Assembly (NCBI GenBank): GCA_964347045.1
Contig: CAYFXC010000005.1
Location: 98,282-162,281 of the forward strand
DNA: 64,000 bases
Direction: 5' to 3'
Origin: an uncultured archaeon
GTDB lineage: Archaea; Asgardarchaeota; Hermodarchaeia; Hermodarchaeales; Hermodarchaeaceae
Shown here: one piece after another, positions 1-9,335 of the stretch
Position numbering within the stretch: the stretch's first letter is position 1
Layout of the letters: each line of letters starts with the position of its first letter
Program-made: the position numbers and the translations under genes
The notes under the pieces: model-generated
What the model saw: the letters and a program-made list of their open reading frames with translations, nothing else
The model's database searches: none
Told to the model about the DNA's origin: nothing

Positions 1-155
1 CAGTCCGTTGGCTATTACGCAAAACTAACTCTGACCTGAATCAAAGGCACAAAACCTTTTTAATAATCAAAACTGATTTTTTTTAAGGCAGAGACGGTGT
101 GAAAGCAGGGGGAAGACCACTCTGTATAACGCTTCTCTGCGTAAGGTGAACGCCT

Positions 156-479
156 GTGATTGTACTTGAATATCAAGATGGAACATTTGTTGAATCGAAA
201 CAGGGATCCAGCGGCATCCGCTGTGAAGTAGATAAAACCGGCAAAAAAATCCGAATGATCATGCCTCAAGGCACTAACCTCATTGAACGACGAACCGCTT
301 TACGATTGGTTGACACCGTTGCGCGGAGTGGATATCTCCTTTCAACCGGCGAACGAGTCGGACAGGGTTTTGAGCTTGTCATCGATGAGAAAGGCACAGC
401 AATTCCAGATCGACTTAAACAGAGTCCACGAGTCAGTTATAGCTCAGTGACTGTCGGCAGCGTCGTCGACAAGAAGTAG
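156..479 (+). CDS. Probable single-domain gelsolin/cofilin-like (ProGel-type) actin-binding protein
   Basis: SD AAGGTGA at 143-149, GTG start. Strand-long helix-strand pattern (KKIRMIMPQGTNLIERRTALRLVDTVARSG...FELVIDE) parallels the gelsolin repeat of 46093..46698. C-terminal IPDRLKQS tail. Similarity to Asgard ProGel is from memory. Confidence 0.55.
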   Translation: MIVLEYQDGTFVESKQGSSGIRCEVDKTGKKIRMIMPQGTNLIERRTALRLVDTVARSGYLLSTGERVGQGFELVIDEKGTAIPDRLKQSPRVSYSSVTVGSVVDKK

Positions 480-555
480 TTATCACTCTGTGAAATGGGA
501 AATCGTCAACCAAACACAAGAACACAAAACAGCTTAAACAATTGAGGTGACCTGT

Positions 556-735
556 GTGAGCGAAGAAGAAAGTAAAGGAGAATCTTTGAGCGAGGAACTG
601 AAACGTGAAATCAAGAAAGGTGCAAAACTCGAACATGTCCCGGAAGTGAAACAACAAGTAGGCGATTTGTCAGCAGAGAAAGCCCTCCTCGAGAAGCTCA
701 GAGCTGAAGGAAAACTCGACGAGGAAGAGGATTAG
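556..735 (+). CDS. Small WH2/actobindin-like protein (~59 aa), putative G-actin binder
   Basis: SD GAGGTGA at 544-550 points to GTG 556 (ORF track opens at 547). ELKREIKKGAKLEHV fits the WH2 pattern of an amphipathic helix followed by G..LKxV. Second helix and acidic tail DEEED follow. Confidence 0.6.
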   Translation: MSEEESKGESLSEELKREIKKGAKLEHVPEVKQQVGDLSAEKALLEKLRAEGKLDEEED

Positions 736-787
736 CATCTCGTCTTGAGATTATACTTCTCTCCTCTTGTTTTAAATTAGGGCTAGT

Positions 788-1687
788 TCATGGCCTACGG
801 CGTTTTTTCATCTCTTGTGGACCTGACACAATAGGTAACTCACGGTATTTTTGCGTTCGTTTCCTAATCTCCTCTCGATGTTGTTGATAGACAGGACCTG
901 TTCGGAGAACCCATTCAGAGAAATGTTTGGCCATTGCTTCAGGGCTCCAACGATGTTTCCCTGTATCAATAATCCAAGAGATAGTTATGTCATTATCTTT
1001 TTCAAGTAGTTCTCCACGCGATTGGCAGAGTTGACATTCAACCTGGTTCTTTTCACGTATTATGAAGAAAGGTAGCCCACAATGGGGACACGCATTCTTT
1101 GGTATTGATAATTGAACTTCATTTTCTGGTTGTTGAATTTGATGAATCAATGCTGTTCCGATTTTCTGGACACGTTCCATGGTTTCATCATCTAGAAGTA
1201 CTTCAGCAGGTCCTGGTCGGTATGCCATTACGCGGTCGACTAATTTCAGTTGGAGTATACCTGCAAGTATTGAAAGCATGGGTAAAGTAAAAGGGTCCCA
1301 TTCTTGAAGTCCTGCAGTGGCAATGATGGCTCCAGGTCGTTGTTTGATTTTTCCCAGTTGTAGACTGTATTCAAAGAGACGGTCAATTAATAGTTTGACC
1401 AGACCTCCTGGACCTAAGAAATAGGTTGGAGCAGATAGTATGATGGCATCGGCCCATTGGAAATGATCCCATAAGGAATGCATGTCATCATCTAGTCGAC
1501 AGGGCTCTCCCTTGAGAACGCATGCTAAACACCCTTTGCATGGAAGCAAACGAAAATCTGATAATCGTAAGGGGCGAATTTCCGCGCCCTCTTCATGGGC
1601 TTGTAATAATGCTTCCTTTACCAAAACTTCGCAGTTTCCAAGTTTTCGAGCAGATCCAATAACCCCAAGAATCCTCAAGAGGTGCAC
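788..1687 (-). CDS. Flavodoxin-like iron-sulfur flavoprotein / NADPH-dependent FMN reductase with C-terminal Zn ribbon
   Basis: GSARKLGNC, CKGCLAC...C, ADAIILSAPTY motifs; CPHC...CQLC at the C-terminus. Confidence 0.85.
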   Translation of the reverse strand: MHLLRILGVIGSARKLGNCEVLVKEALLQAHEEGAEIRPLRLSDFRLLPCKGCLACVLKGEPCRLDDDMHSLWDHFQWADAIILSAPTYFLGPGGLVKLLIDRLFEYSLQLGKIKQRPGAIIATAGLQEWDPFTLPMLSILAGILQLKLVDRVMAYRPGPAEVLLDDETMERVQKIGTALIHQIQQPENEVQLSIPKNACPHCGLPFFIIREKNQVECQLCQSRGELLEKDNDITISWIIDTGKHRWSPEAMAKHFSEWVLRTGPVYQQHREEIRKRTQKYRELPIVSGPQEMKKRRRP

Positions 1688-1764
1688 CCATGGCTACTCA
1701 CATATTCTACCTTAAGAGTATGTAGTTTTGAGAAAATTCGCGAATGCTAGATGATTTCTTTCTC

Positions 1765-2043
1765 CTAATAGGTGATTCTAAAATCGCGAAGGTTAGGCTC
1801 AATTGGAACATTGGTAATTGACACATTATCAACTCTCGAGGAAGGGGATCCATGGTGAAGGTATTCAACAAACTCAATAATCGCTTGATCAGGGCCTTGA
1901 ACGTGGCATTCAACCGTTCCATCGCGATTATTACGCACCCATCCGTTTAGATTCAACTGATGGGCTTTATCCCTCGTATATACCCGAAAAAATACACCCT
2001 GTACTCGTCCTTGAACAAGGGCTCTTATTGCACGCATTGACAC
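1765..2043 (-). CDS. acyP: Acylphosphatase
   Basis: GRVQGVFFR and GWVRN signatures. Confidence 0.95.
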   Translation of the reverse strand: MSMRAIRALVQGRVQGVFFRVYTRDKAHQLNLNGWVRNNRDGTVECHVQGPDQAIIEFVEYLHHGSPSSRVDNVSITNVPIEPNLRDFRITY

Positions 2044-2149
2044 TTCCTCACTAGCATATGCAATCGAGGCTCCATAAGAAAATTATCCCTCTCTTTCGAA
2101 AATATCAAGAGGAACCAATTCCGATAGGTGCCTTGCTGGTGAAGAAAGA

Positions 2150-3862
2150 GTGAAAAACAAAGAAATCGCTCGAATCTTTTTACAAATTGCTGATTTACTG
2201 GAACTTCAAGAGGATTCATTCAAACCTCGAGCATATCGACGAGCTGCTCGAAGTTTGGAACAACTTAGTGAAGACATCGATGATATTGCGATCCGAGGTG
2301 AATTGGAGGACATTCCTGGTGTTGGCAAAGCTTTAGCGAAAAAAATCAAAGAGTATCTAGAAACTGGGAATATTGCGTATCTTAATAGTTTACAGAATGA
2401 AATTGATTCGGGATTAGTGGAACTCCTAAGCATTCCGGACATTGGACCCAAAACTGTGAGGGTGCTCAAAGAAGAACTTGGTGTAACTTCTCTTGAAGAT
2501 CTTCGTCTTGCATTAAATGACAACAAGGTACAAGAATTACGTGGATTTGGTCCCGCTAGCGAGGAGCGGATTCGTCAGAATCTAGAACTCATGGTTGGCT
2601 ATTCTAAGCGGTTATTTATCGGAATTGCACTGCCAATCGCCGAAAATCTCGTCAAGGACCTTAGAAAATTAAAGGATGTAACCCAAATTGCAATCGCGGG
2701 AAGCCTTCGCCGGTGGAAGGAAACCATTGGTGATATTGATATTCTCGCCAGTTCAACGAATCCAAATTTAGTGATGCACACGTTTATTAATCATCCCGCC
2801 GTTGAACGGGTGTTCGCTCAAGGACCTACGAAAACGAGTGTATTGGTCGATGAGGGTATTCAAGTTGATCTTCGAGTCGTAAATAACGAGTCGTTTGGTG
2901 CAGCTCTCCAGTATTTTACTGGATCAAAAGCACATAATATTGTTTTACGTCGCCTTGCTCGACAACGCAAGTGGAAATTAAGTGAATATCATTTACAAGA
3001 TATGAAAACAAACAAAATCATTGCCGGTAGTTCAGAGAAGGCTATCTATGAAGCATTGGGGCTGGATTGGATATCTCCCGAACTCCGCGAAGATACAGGT
3101 GAAATCGAAGCCGCCCTAAAACACAAGCTCCCCTCACTAATTGACGAACATGATATTCGAGGTGATCTTCATGTTCATTCTAACTGGAGTGATGGCGCTG
3201 ATACAATCGAAGACCTAGCAAAGACTGCAATTGCCCGTAAATACAAATATTTGGCAATCTGTGATCATTCTAAAAATGCTGCAATTGTAAATGGTCTTGA
3301 TGAAACTCGATTGAAAAAGCAAATACTCCATATAAGAAAACTGAATGAACAATTTAATAATTTCAAACTTCTCGCAGGGGCTGAGGTGAATGTTCTCCCA
3401 GATGGGTCGCTTGATTTATCTGACACGGTATTAGCAGAAACAGATCTTGTAATCGCCGCAATACACTTGACGCGTAAAACAAGAAGTTCAATCACAGACC
3501 TTCTTGTTAGCGCCTGTTATCATGATCTCGTCGATATCATTGCCTATCCATCAAAACAAATAATATCCCAGCACCCACGCTTTTCTATTGATTTTCCTAC
3601 TATCTTTGAGGTAGCAAAACAGCAGGGTGTTTCGCTTGAGATTAACAGTTCTCACCAACTAAAGTTAACTCCAGAACTGATCCGACAAGCAAAAGAATTG
3701 GGTGTTAATTTTGTGGTAAGCACAGCTGCTCATCGGGCTAGTCAACTTGGACTCATAAGATATGGAGTAGGTCTAGCTCGAAGAGGTTGGATTGAACCTA
3801 AGAATGTGCTCAATACACTCACGTTTAATCAGCTGCGCAAATGCTTCCAACATATTCGTTAG
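2150..3862 (+). CDS. polX: DNA polymerase X with C-terminal PHP domain
   Basis: HhH motifs (IPGVG, IPDIG), GSLRR, GDIDIL, QVDLR, YFTGS; PHP domain HVHSNWSDG, CDHS. Confidence 0.95.
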   Translation: MKNKEIARIFLQIADLLELQEDSFKPRAYRRAARSLEQLSEDIDDIAIRGELEDIPGVGKALAKKIKEYLETGNIAYLNSLQNEIDSGLVELLSIPDIGPKTVRVLKEELGVTSLEDLRLALNDNKVQELRGFGPASEERIRQNLELMVGYSKRLFIGIALPIAENLVKDLRKLKDVTQIAIAGSLRRWKETIGDIDILASSTNPNLVMHTFINHPAVERVFAQGPTKTSVLVDEGIQVDLRVVNNESFGAALQYFTGSKAHNIVLRRLARQRKWKLSEYHLQDMKTNKIIAGSSEKAIYEALGLDWISPELREDTGEIEAALKHKLPSLIDEHDIRGDLHVHSNWSDGADTIEDLAKTAIARKYKYLAICDHSKNAAIVNGLDETRLKKQILHIRKLNEQFNNFKLLAGAEVNVLPDGSLDLSDTVLAETDLVIAAIHLTRKTRSSITDLLVSACYHDLVDIIAYPSKQIISQHPRFSIDFPTIFEVAKQQGVSLEINSSHQLKLTPELIRQAKELGVNFVVSTAAHRASQLGLIRYGVGLARRGWIEPKNVLNTLTFNQLRKCFQHIR

Positions 3863-3928
3863 ATCAAGAAAGTCAGATTCGGAATCCTTAAATCAGTTTG
3901 CAATCTCTGCCTCACCGAGGAACGCGTT

Positions 3929-4219
3929 TTGAGCCCAATTAACCCCGAACAAACATCAGAAAAAGGAATCACCAATTATCCGGGAAAGATTGGACGTAGT
4001 GATCTTCGAAATTGGGTAAAGGTTTGCCCTAATTGTTTTAGCATTGACATTCAACCACTAACCAACATATCAGGTACTATTGTACAGGAACAATGGTATT
4101 GCCCCAACTGTGATTATGCAGGAGTTGTCATTGAAGTAAAGACTGAAGATCTTATTCGATTTCGCCTTCAACAACTCGCTCAGGAATATAACAAAAATCA
4201 TAAAGTGAAAACTAAATAG
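3929..4219 (+). CDS. Small zinc-ribbon protein
   Basis: CPNC...CPNC pair; SD GAGG upstream of the TTG start. Confidence 0.7.
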   Translation: MSPINPEQTSEKGITNYPGKIGRSDLRNWVKVCPNCFSIDIQPLTNISGTIVQEQWYCPNCDYAGVVIEVKTEDLIRFRLQQLAQEYNKNHKVKTK

Positions 4220-4237
4220 TTACCTCAAGAACTTATC

Positions 4238-5107
4238 CTATGCTGTTGGAAAAGCTACTTCAGCGGCGGCTCCCATCAACGTCTTATATAGCAGGTCTTT
4301 ATTTCGCGGATCAATCGCAACTAATCCTATTGTCCGCAAACCAAGTAATCGTGATACCGTGTCAGGGAGCAATGCATCTTTGAGATCCTGCTTGTTGGCA
4401 ATTGCCCAAATCAGAGCACCGTCTGTCCACTTTTGAATGATTGGAACTAGTTTACGTGTCGACATTACGTTCTTCAATGTTGAATCTGAGACCATAATGA
4501 CAACGTCAGTCCCGCGAAGATAGTCCTTCCACTTCGGAACTAAAAGCTCTTGGCCTGGAAAATCCCAGACTGCAATTTCGTAAGGACCTAATTTTGCGAT
4601 TTGCATCTCCTCTACATAAACTGCCATAGTGGCAATGTGATCAAGATCCGCTCGCTGGCTCATTAGCATTTTAAGAATTGTGGTTTTGCCCACTCCTCCT
4701 TCACCAAGAAGTACAATTTTCAGGGTAGAAATGATTGCGGAATCGAGAACAGGTCCGAGACCTTGAAAGACTTCTGAGTTTCGATTGCTTTTAAAGTCCC
4801 ATATTTGTTTTGCATACTTTTGTTTCATTGTTCGGACAGCGAAATCAATTTTCTCTTGAAGGATTTCATCCTTGTCTTGGCGGTCGGCAACGATAACGAG
4901 AATCAAGTCGCTGTCCACGTATTTATGAATAAATTTCATGCCATCTAAAAAAATTGGAACGGGGAGATCTTCACCGGTATCTCGTTCAAGTTGGCGAAGC
5001 GATTGGATATATTCAGAGACGACTGGTTGATCAATTTCAATTGCCCAATATGAGCGATGAAATAGTTTGATTCCATTTCTTGTTAATAACAGAACATTAT
5101 GGATCAA
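4238..5107 (-). CDS. Longin-like domain fused to an Arf/Rab-like small GTPase
   Basis: N-terminal longin pattern (VLLLTRNGIKLFHRSY...LILVIVAD); G1 GEGGVGKTT, G3 WDFPGQ, G4 NKQD. Confidence 0.85.
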   Translation of the reverse strand: MIHNVLLLTRNGIKLFHRSYWAIEIDQPVVSEYIQSLRQLERDTGEDLPVPIFLDGMKFIHKYVDSDLILVIVADRQDKDEILQEKIDFAVRTMKQKYAKQIWDFKSNRNSEVFQGLGPVLDSAIISTLKIVLLGEGGVGKTTILKMLMSQRADLDHIATMAVYVEEMQIAKLGPYEIAVWDFPGQELLVPKWKDYLRGTDVVIMVSDSTLKNVMSTRKLVPIIQKWTDGALIWAIANKQDLKDALLPDTVSRLLGLRTIGLVAIDPRNKDLLYKTLMGAAAEVAFPTA

Positions 5108-5242
5108 CCTAAATCGCCTCCCAGCTGGAAAGATCTATGTATCTGGGTGTGGGTTATTCGTTTTAGGGCTTTAAAATAGTTCCACCTACTTGCCAAGACC
5201 ACTTCCCAGGTTAAACATTTCTAATTAACAGGAAATATATTC

Positions 5243-6715
5243 TCAAGCTGGTCCATGGGGGAGAGAAGGGCATTTATAGTGTTTCATAACTTTTTTCATA
5301 ACCGAATCTAGGTCCTGGCTTTGCATCTTGGTAAGTGGTTGAACCTCATGGGTTGTAAGAATTTCTTTGACATGATTTCGAGCCCGTTCTTTACTTGATA
5401 GTGATCCCTGATTTTGCCAACTTTCGTAGGGTTGACGATCAACTAATATTCCTGGCATGTAATGTTCATTACGGAACCAGGTTAGGGTATGACGTAAGCG
5501 AAGGAAATCACCACCCTTCGTGCCTACTTCGCGTAGCTCATCGAGGGCAAGTGTTTCATCATTTACATCAATGCCTCTAATGAGTCGTTTTATCATGCCT
5601 GCTAATACATTGTCAATAACAAGTTTTTCAAAACTTTGAGTGCTTTCAAAAATTAGCATGCCTGCGCCTGCGATGTTATTAATCCCTGCCATCGCTGCGA
5701 GAAGAAATCCTGTTGCCGCTTCATATCCTGTTTGGGAATCGGCACCTAGTTTAGCATCAGAAAGTCCCATATAGCCATGAGAGGGAAGTCCGTAATGCTT
5801 TGCCATCTGCCCATATGCACAAGTGAGCATAATGCTTTCAATTGCTCCAAGTCTTGCTGTACCATATTGCATATCTACAGCCGTCGGTGAGCCCCCATAG
5901 ATAACAGGCGCACCTTTCGCTTTGAGTTGCGTGAGAACTACACCACTTAATGATTCGGCGTTATGCAAAACTAACGAACCAGCAATGGTTATTGGACTAG
6001 TTGCACCGAGTTGAGGCATTGATATGAGTTCAATAGGGATACCCGCCTCCGCGCCTAGTAAGAGGTCGTGAACTGTAAGTTCGCTCCACTGTAACGGCGC
6101 TGATGGGCAGGTATCAAAGATTGCTAGAGGTTTTTCTCTGAGTTTTTTTGGTCCACCTACAACCGCTTCCAGCATATGTTTCATGTCCTCAAAGGCGTCG
6201 AGGGCAAAAGTTCCCGTTATAATGGGTTTGGTCGAATGTTGTAGAATAATGTATAATCGATATCTATCTGCAAGTTTTGATGGAATATCTGCGGGAATGA
6301 GTGCTGTGCTTTGAGCATCGATATATTGTAGAGCATCAGTAACTCGAGCAAACTCGATTACATCTGAAACATAGGGGTGGCGTCTTACGCCGGTCTCACG
6401 GTCTATAAGATGTGTGGCCGCAGATCCAGGATTGAAGAAAATATTGTCATTCTCAAGGGTAAGTGCAAGGTTTCCTTCCCGACTATATAGACGAATTGAT
6501 GACGGTGCATGGGTAAGTTGTTCTTCAACTAGCGAAGAGGGGAAAAATGCATGATTTTTTTCATAATCAACCGGTGCTCCCACTCCTTCTAACAGCTCTA
6601 AGGCTTCCTTGCTATGAATTTTCATCCCCGCTTCTTCTAGGAGCATGAGGCTTTCTTTGTGTATGCGATGAATGTCTTCTTCTGAGAGTAGTTTGAGTCG
6701 AGGTTGTTGTGCCAT
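5243..6715 (-). CDS. mttB: Trimethylamine methyltransferase (MttB) superfamily protein, non-pyrrolysine
   Basis: LSEEDIHRIH..L..L...G start; GATSPITIAGSLV; GLSDAK..DSQTGYE; EKLVIDN; no in-frame TAG. Confidence 0.9.
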   Translation of the reverse strand: MAQQPRLKLLSEEDIHRIHKESLMLLEEAGMKIHSKEALELLEGVGAPVDYEKNHAFFPSSLVEEQLTHAPSSIRLYSREGNLALTLENDNIFFNPGSAATHLIDRETGVRRHPYVSDVIEFARVTDALQYIDAQSTALIPADIPSKLADRYRLYIILQHSTKPIITGTFALDAFEDMKHMLEAVVGGPKKLREKPLAIFDTCPSAPLQWSELTVHDLLLGAEAGIPIELISMPQLGATSPITIAGSLVLHNAESLSGVVLTQLKAKGAPVIYGGSPTAVDMQYGTARLGAIESIMLTCAYGQMAKHYGLPSHGYMGLSDAKLGADSQTGYEAATGFLLAAMAGINNIAGAGMLIFESTQSFEKLVIDNVLAGMIKRLIRGIDVNDETLALDELREVGTKGGDFLRLRHTLTWFRNEHYMPGILVDRQPYESWQNQGSLSSKERARNHVKEILTTHEVQPLTKMQSQDLDSVMKKVMKHYKCPSLPHGPA

Positions 6716-6745
6716 GCTTGGTTAGCTCCATTAAATTAGACTAAA

Positions 6746-7399
6746 TTAGTCGTCTGAATGTCCAGTTAATCGTTTGGCGATTTTTACGGCCTGGTTGAAA
6801 TCGACACCATAACCATCGGCCCCTATACTATTCGCAAATTGCTGACTAACTGGAGCGCCTCCTATCATTACTTTAACACGTTGATTGAGCTTTTCAGATT
6901 TTAACAAATCGATAGTTTCTTGCATATGATCCATTGTGGTAGTCAATAGCGCTGACATTGCAATTATGTCAGCATTTACTTCTTTGGTTTTTGTGACAAA
7001 TTGTGCTGGTGTCACTTCAACTCCTAAATCGTGGACAGTGAACCCTGCGACAGTAAGCATAGTCGCTACGATTGATTTTCCAATGTCATGAATATCTCCC
7101 TGGACTGTCCCTATCACAATCGTACCAAGAGCTTCCTCTTCAACGGATTTCGCTAAATAAGGCTCCAGAAATTCAAGGGCTTGTTTCATAGTCTCTGCGG
7201 CAACAGCTAGTTCAGGAAGAAAAGCTTCTCCCTTCTCAAATCGGTCTCCTAAAACTCTAATGCCTGCAGTTAGTCCTTGGTTTACAATTTTGGAGGCATC
7301 GATTCCCTGGTCAATTGCTTTTGGAACAAGTTCTAGAACTTGCTCGGTTTGACATTTGATCATTTCATCACGAATCTGATCAATAATTTCATAACCCAT
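6746..7399 (-). CDS. Corrinoid (B12-binding) methyltransferase cognate protein, MttC/MtbC-like
   Basis: GDIHDIGK B12-binding motif, SALLTTT, VMIGGAP. Confidence 0.95.
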   Translation of the reverse strand: MGYEIIDQIRDEMIKCQTEQVLELVPKAIDQGIDASKIVNQGLTAGIRVLGDRFEKGEAFLPELAVAAETMKQALEFLEPYLAKSVEEEALGTIVIGTVQGDIHDIGKSIVATMLTVAGFTVHDLGVEVTPAQFVTKTKEVNADIIAMSALLTTTMDHMQETIDLLKSEKLNQRVKVMIGGAPVSQQFANSIGADGYGVDFNQAVKIAKRLTGHSDD

Positions 7400-7432
7400 T
7401 GTGTATGCACCATGCTATTTGTCAGGATCTAT

Positions 7433-8488
7433 TTATTCGATGATTTCCCAATTGTTTTGGTATTTATCAAGCTCAGTTTTCGTACGCTCATCCATTGGAT
7501 GTTCACGATCAGGGATATCGAGATGCTTCGGTTCGCCACACAAGGGTGTGCTGAAGTACCGTTGTCCACTGTCATTAATCATGGTTACAATGGTGTTGAG
7601 GTCAGGATGTCTCTTCGCCAATTTCAGTGCAGCTGCAACATTACACCCTGAAGAAACTCCACAAAAGAGGCCTTCCTCGCGACTGAGCCATTGTGCCATT
7701 TCAAGAGCTTCATCAGAGGTGGTTGTAATTATTCCATTTAAAATACTTAAATCAAGATTTTCTGGTACAAATCCATCACCGATTCCTTCAATGTGGTGAG
7801 AACCCCACTTTCGATGTGCAAGCAGTGGTGCTTCAGTCGGCTCAATTGCATAAAGCTTCACATTTGGATTTTGTTTTCGTAAATATTGACCGACACCCGT
7901 AATTGTTCCCCCTGTGCCTTGGCTAGCAATGAAAGCATCAACTTTCCCGCCTGTCTGCTCCCAAATTTCTTGCCCAGTTGTTTCAAAATGAGCAAGGGAA
8001 TTGTCTGGGTTACTAAATTGCGCAGGTTCCCAGTACTTGCCCGGATTCGCTTCCTTGAGTTCTTTGACCTTAGTAAGGCACAAATCAACATCGGATTCGC
8101 CCCCCGGAGTCAAAATAATCTTAGCTCCATAAGCCGCCATGAGTTTTCGACGCTCTTGGCTCATCCCTTCAGGCATGACAATGGTCACCGGATAGTCCAG
8201 CATTCGGCCAACAAACGAACAGGCAATTCCCGCATTTCCCGTGGAGGATTCTATGATTTCCATTCCCGATTTCAAATCTCCCCGGGCAATAGCCTCGCGA
8301 ATCATTTTAAAATAAATACGGTCTTTTAGACTTCCGGTAGGAGAATACCATTCGATTTTTCCTAATATGTTGACTCCCGCTTTTTTACTAATTTTTGGCA
8401 TTCGAAAAAGTGGAGTAAGTCCAATGAGATCAAAGATGTTTTCCTGAACCTGTTTATATTTATCCCAGTTAAGGGGCACGTCAAACAA
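7433..8488 (-). CDS. cysK: Cysteine synthase family PLP enzyme
   Basis: PTGSLKDR (PLP Lys), ESSTGNAG, GTGGTITG, IEGIG, GVSSG. Confidence 0.9.
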   Translation of the reverse strand: MFDVPLNWDKYKQVQENIFDLIGLTPLFRMPKISKKAGVNILGKIEWYSPTGSLKDRIYFKMIREAIARGDLKSGMEIIESSTGNAGIACSFVGRMLDYPVTIVMPEGMSQERRKLMAAYGAKIILTPGGESDVDLCLTKVKELKEANPGKYWEPAQFSNPDNSLAHFETTGQEIWEQTGGKVDAFIASQGTGGTITGVGQYLRKQNPNVKLYAIEPTEAPLLAHRKWGSHHIEGIGDGFVPENLDLSILNGIITTTSDEALEMAQWLSREEGLFCGVSSGCNVAAALKLAKRHPDLNTIVTMINDSGQRYFSTPLCGEPKHLDIPDREHPMDERTKTELDKYQNNWEIIE

Positions 8489-8544
8489 CTCCTACCTAAT
8501 TATTCGCTGCATAGATTAGCCCGTATATAAGCATACGGCATAAT

Positions 8545-9321
8545 TTGATAGAAGAAGCGAAGAATCATAAGGGTGCAATACTGGGCAATGAAAGAAATGC
8601 TGAAGGAGCCATTTTTGTGAAACTTCAAGGACCTTTCCACTACGGGGAATTTCTCGAGCGGCCAAATCGGTTTCTAACTATTTGTCAACTCAACGGACAA
8701 CGGGTCCCTGCATATATTCCCAACCCTGGCCCCATGCCAGATCTACTGTTTCCAGGTGTTGAAGTGCTGCTACGTCACAAACCTGGAAACCAACGAAAAA
8801 CTGATTATGATTTGGTTTGTTCACGAAATAATGGTGTAATGCTTTCTTTGGATTCTCGGGTCCCAAACTGGATTTTAGCCGAAACTCTTCACCAGGGTAT
8901 TTTAGCACCTTTTTCTCAGTATCATGAAATCCATTCAGAACCGATATACAAAGAAAGTCGACTGGATTTCCTTCTCCAAGCTAGGGGTGCTCCTTCATGC
9001 TATATTGAGGCCAAATCATCAACTGATTCAAAAAATCGTATCGGGTTGTTTCCTCGGGTTCCCACAGAACGAGGACAACGCCATGTTCAGGAATTAATGC
9101 ATGCTCTTGACGAAGATTATCGTGCAGCTATTGTGTTTATTGTTCAGCGTATAGATGCTGATAGAATGCGACCAAATGATCTTATTGATCCCGAATTTGG
9201 TGTAATATTACGGCGAGCAGTCGAGTATGGCGTTGAAGCTTATGCATGGACTACTCAATATATTGAATCCAATCACGAAATTGTTATAGATCGATCAATT
9301 CCTGTGGATCTTAGCGAATAG
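8545..9321 (+). CDS. sfsA: DNA/RNA nuclease SfsA
   Basis: RPNRF, RKTDYDL, SRLDFLL, YIEAKS, RGQRH motifs; the true start may be downstream. Confidence 0.9.
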   Translation: MIEEAKNHKGAILGNERNAEGAIFVKLQGPFHYGEFLERPNRFLTICQLNGQRVPAYIPNPGPMPDLLFPGVEVLLRHKPGNQRKTDYDLVCSRNNGVMLSLDSRVPNWILAETLHQGILAPFSQYHEIHSEPIYKESRLDFLLQARGAPSCYIEAKSSTDSKNRIGLFPRVPTERGQRHVQELMHALDEDYRAAIVFIVQRIDADRMRPNDLIDPEFGVILRRAVEYGVEAYAWTTQYIESNHEIVIDRSIPVDLSE

Positions 9322-9335
9322 TTACTGTTGGTTAG

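Noticed and set aside
1-39. Possible 3' end of an upstream gene (QSVGYYAKLTLT*)
   Set aside because: Too short to support a call.
5243-6715. Pyrrolysine recoding in MttB
   Set aside because: No in-frame TAG; Leu occupies the Pyl-equivalent site.
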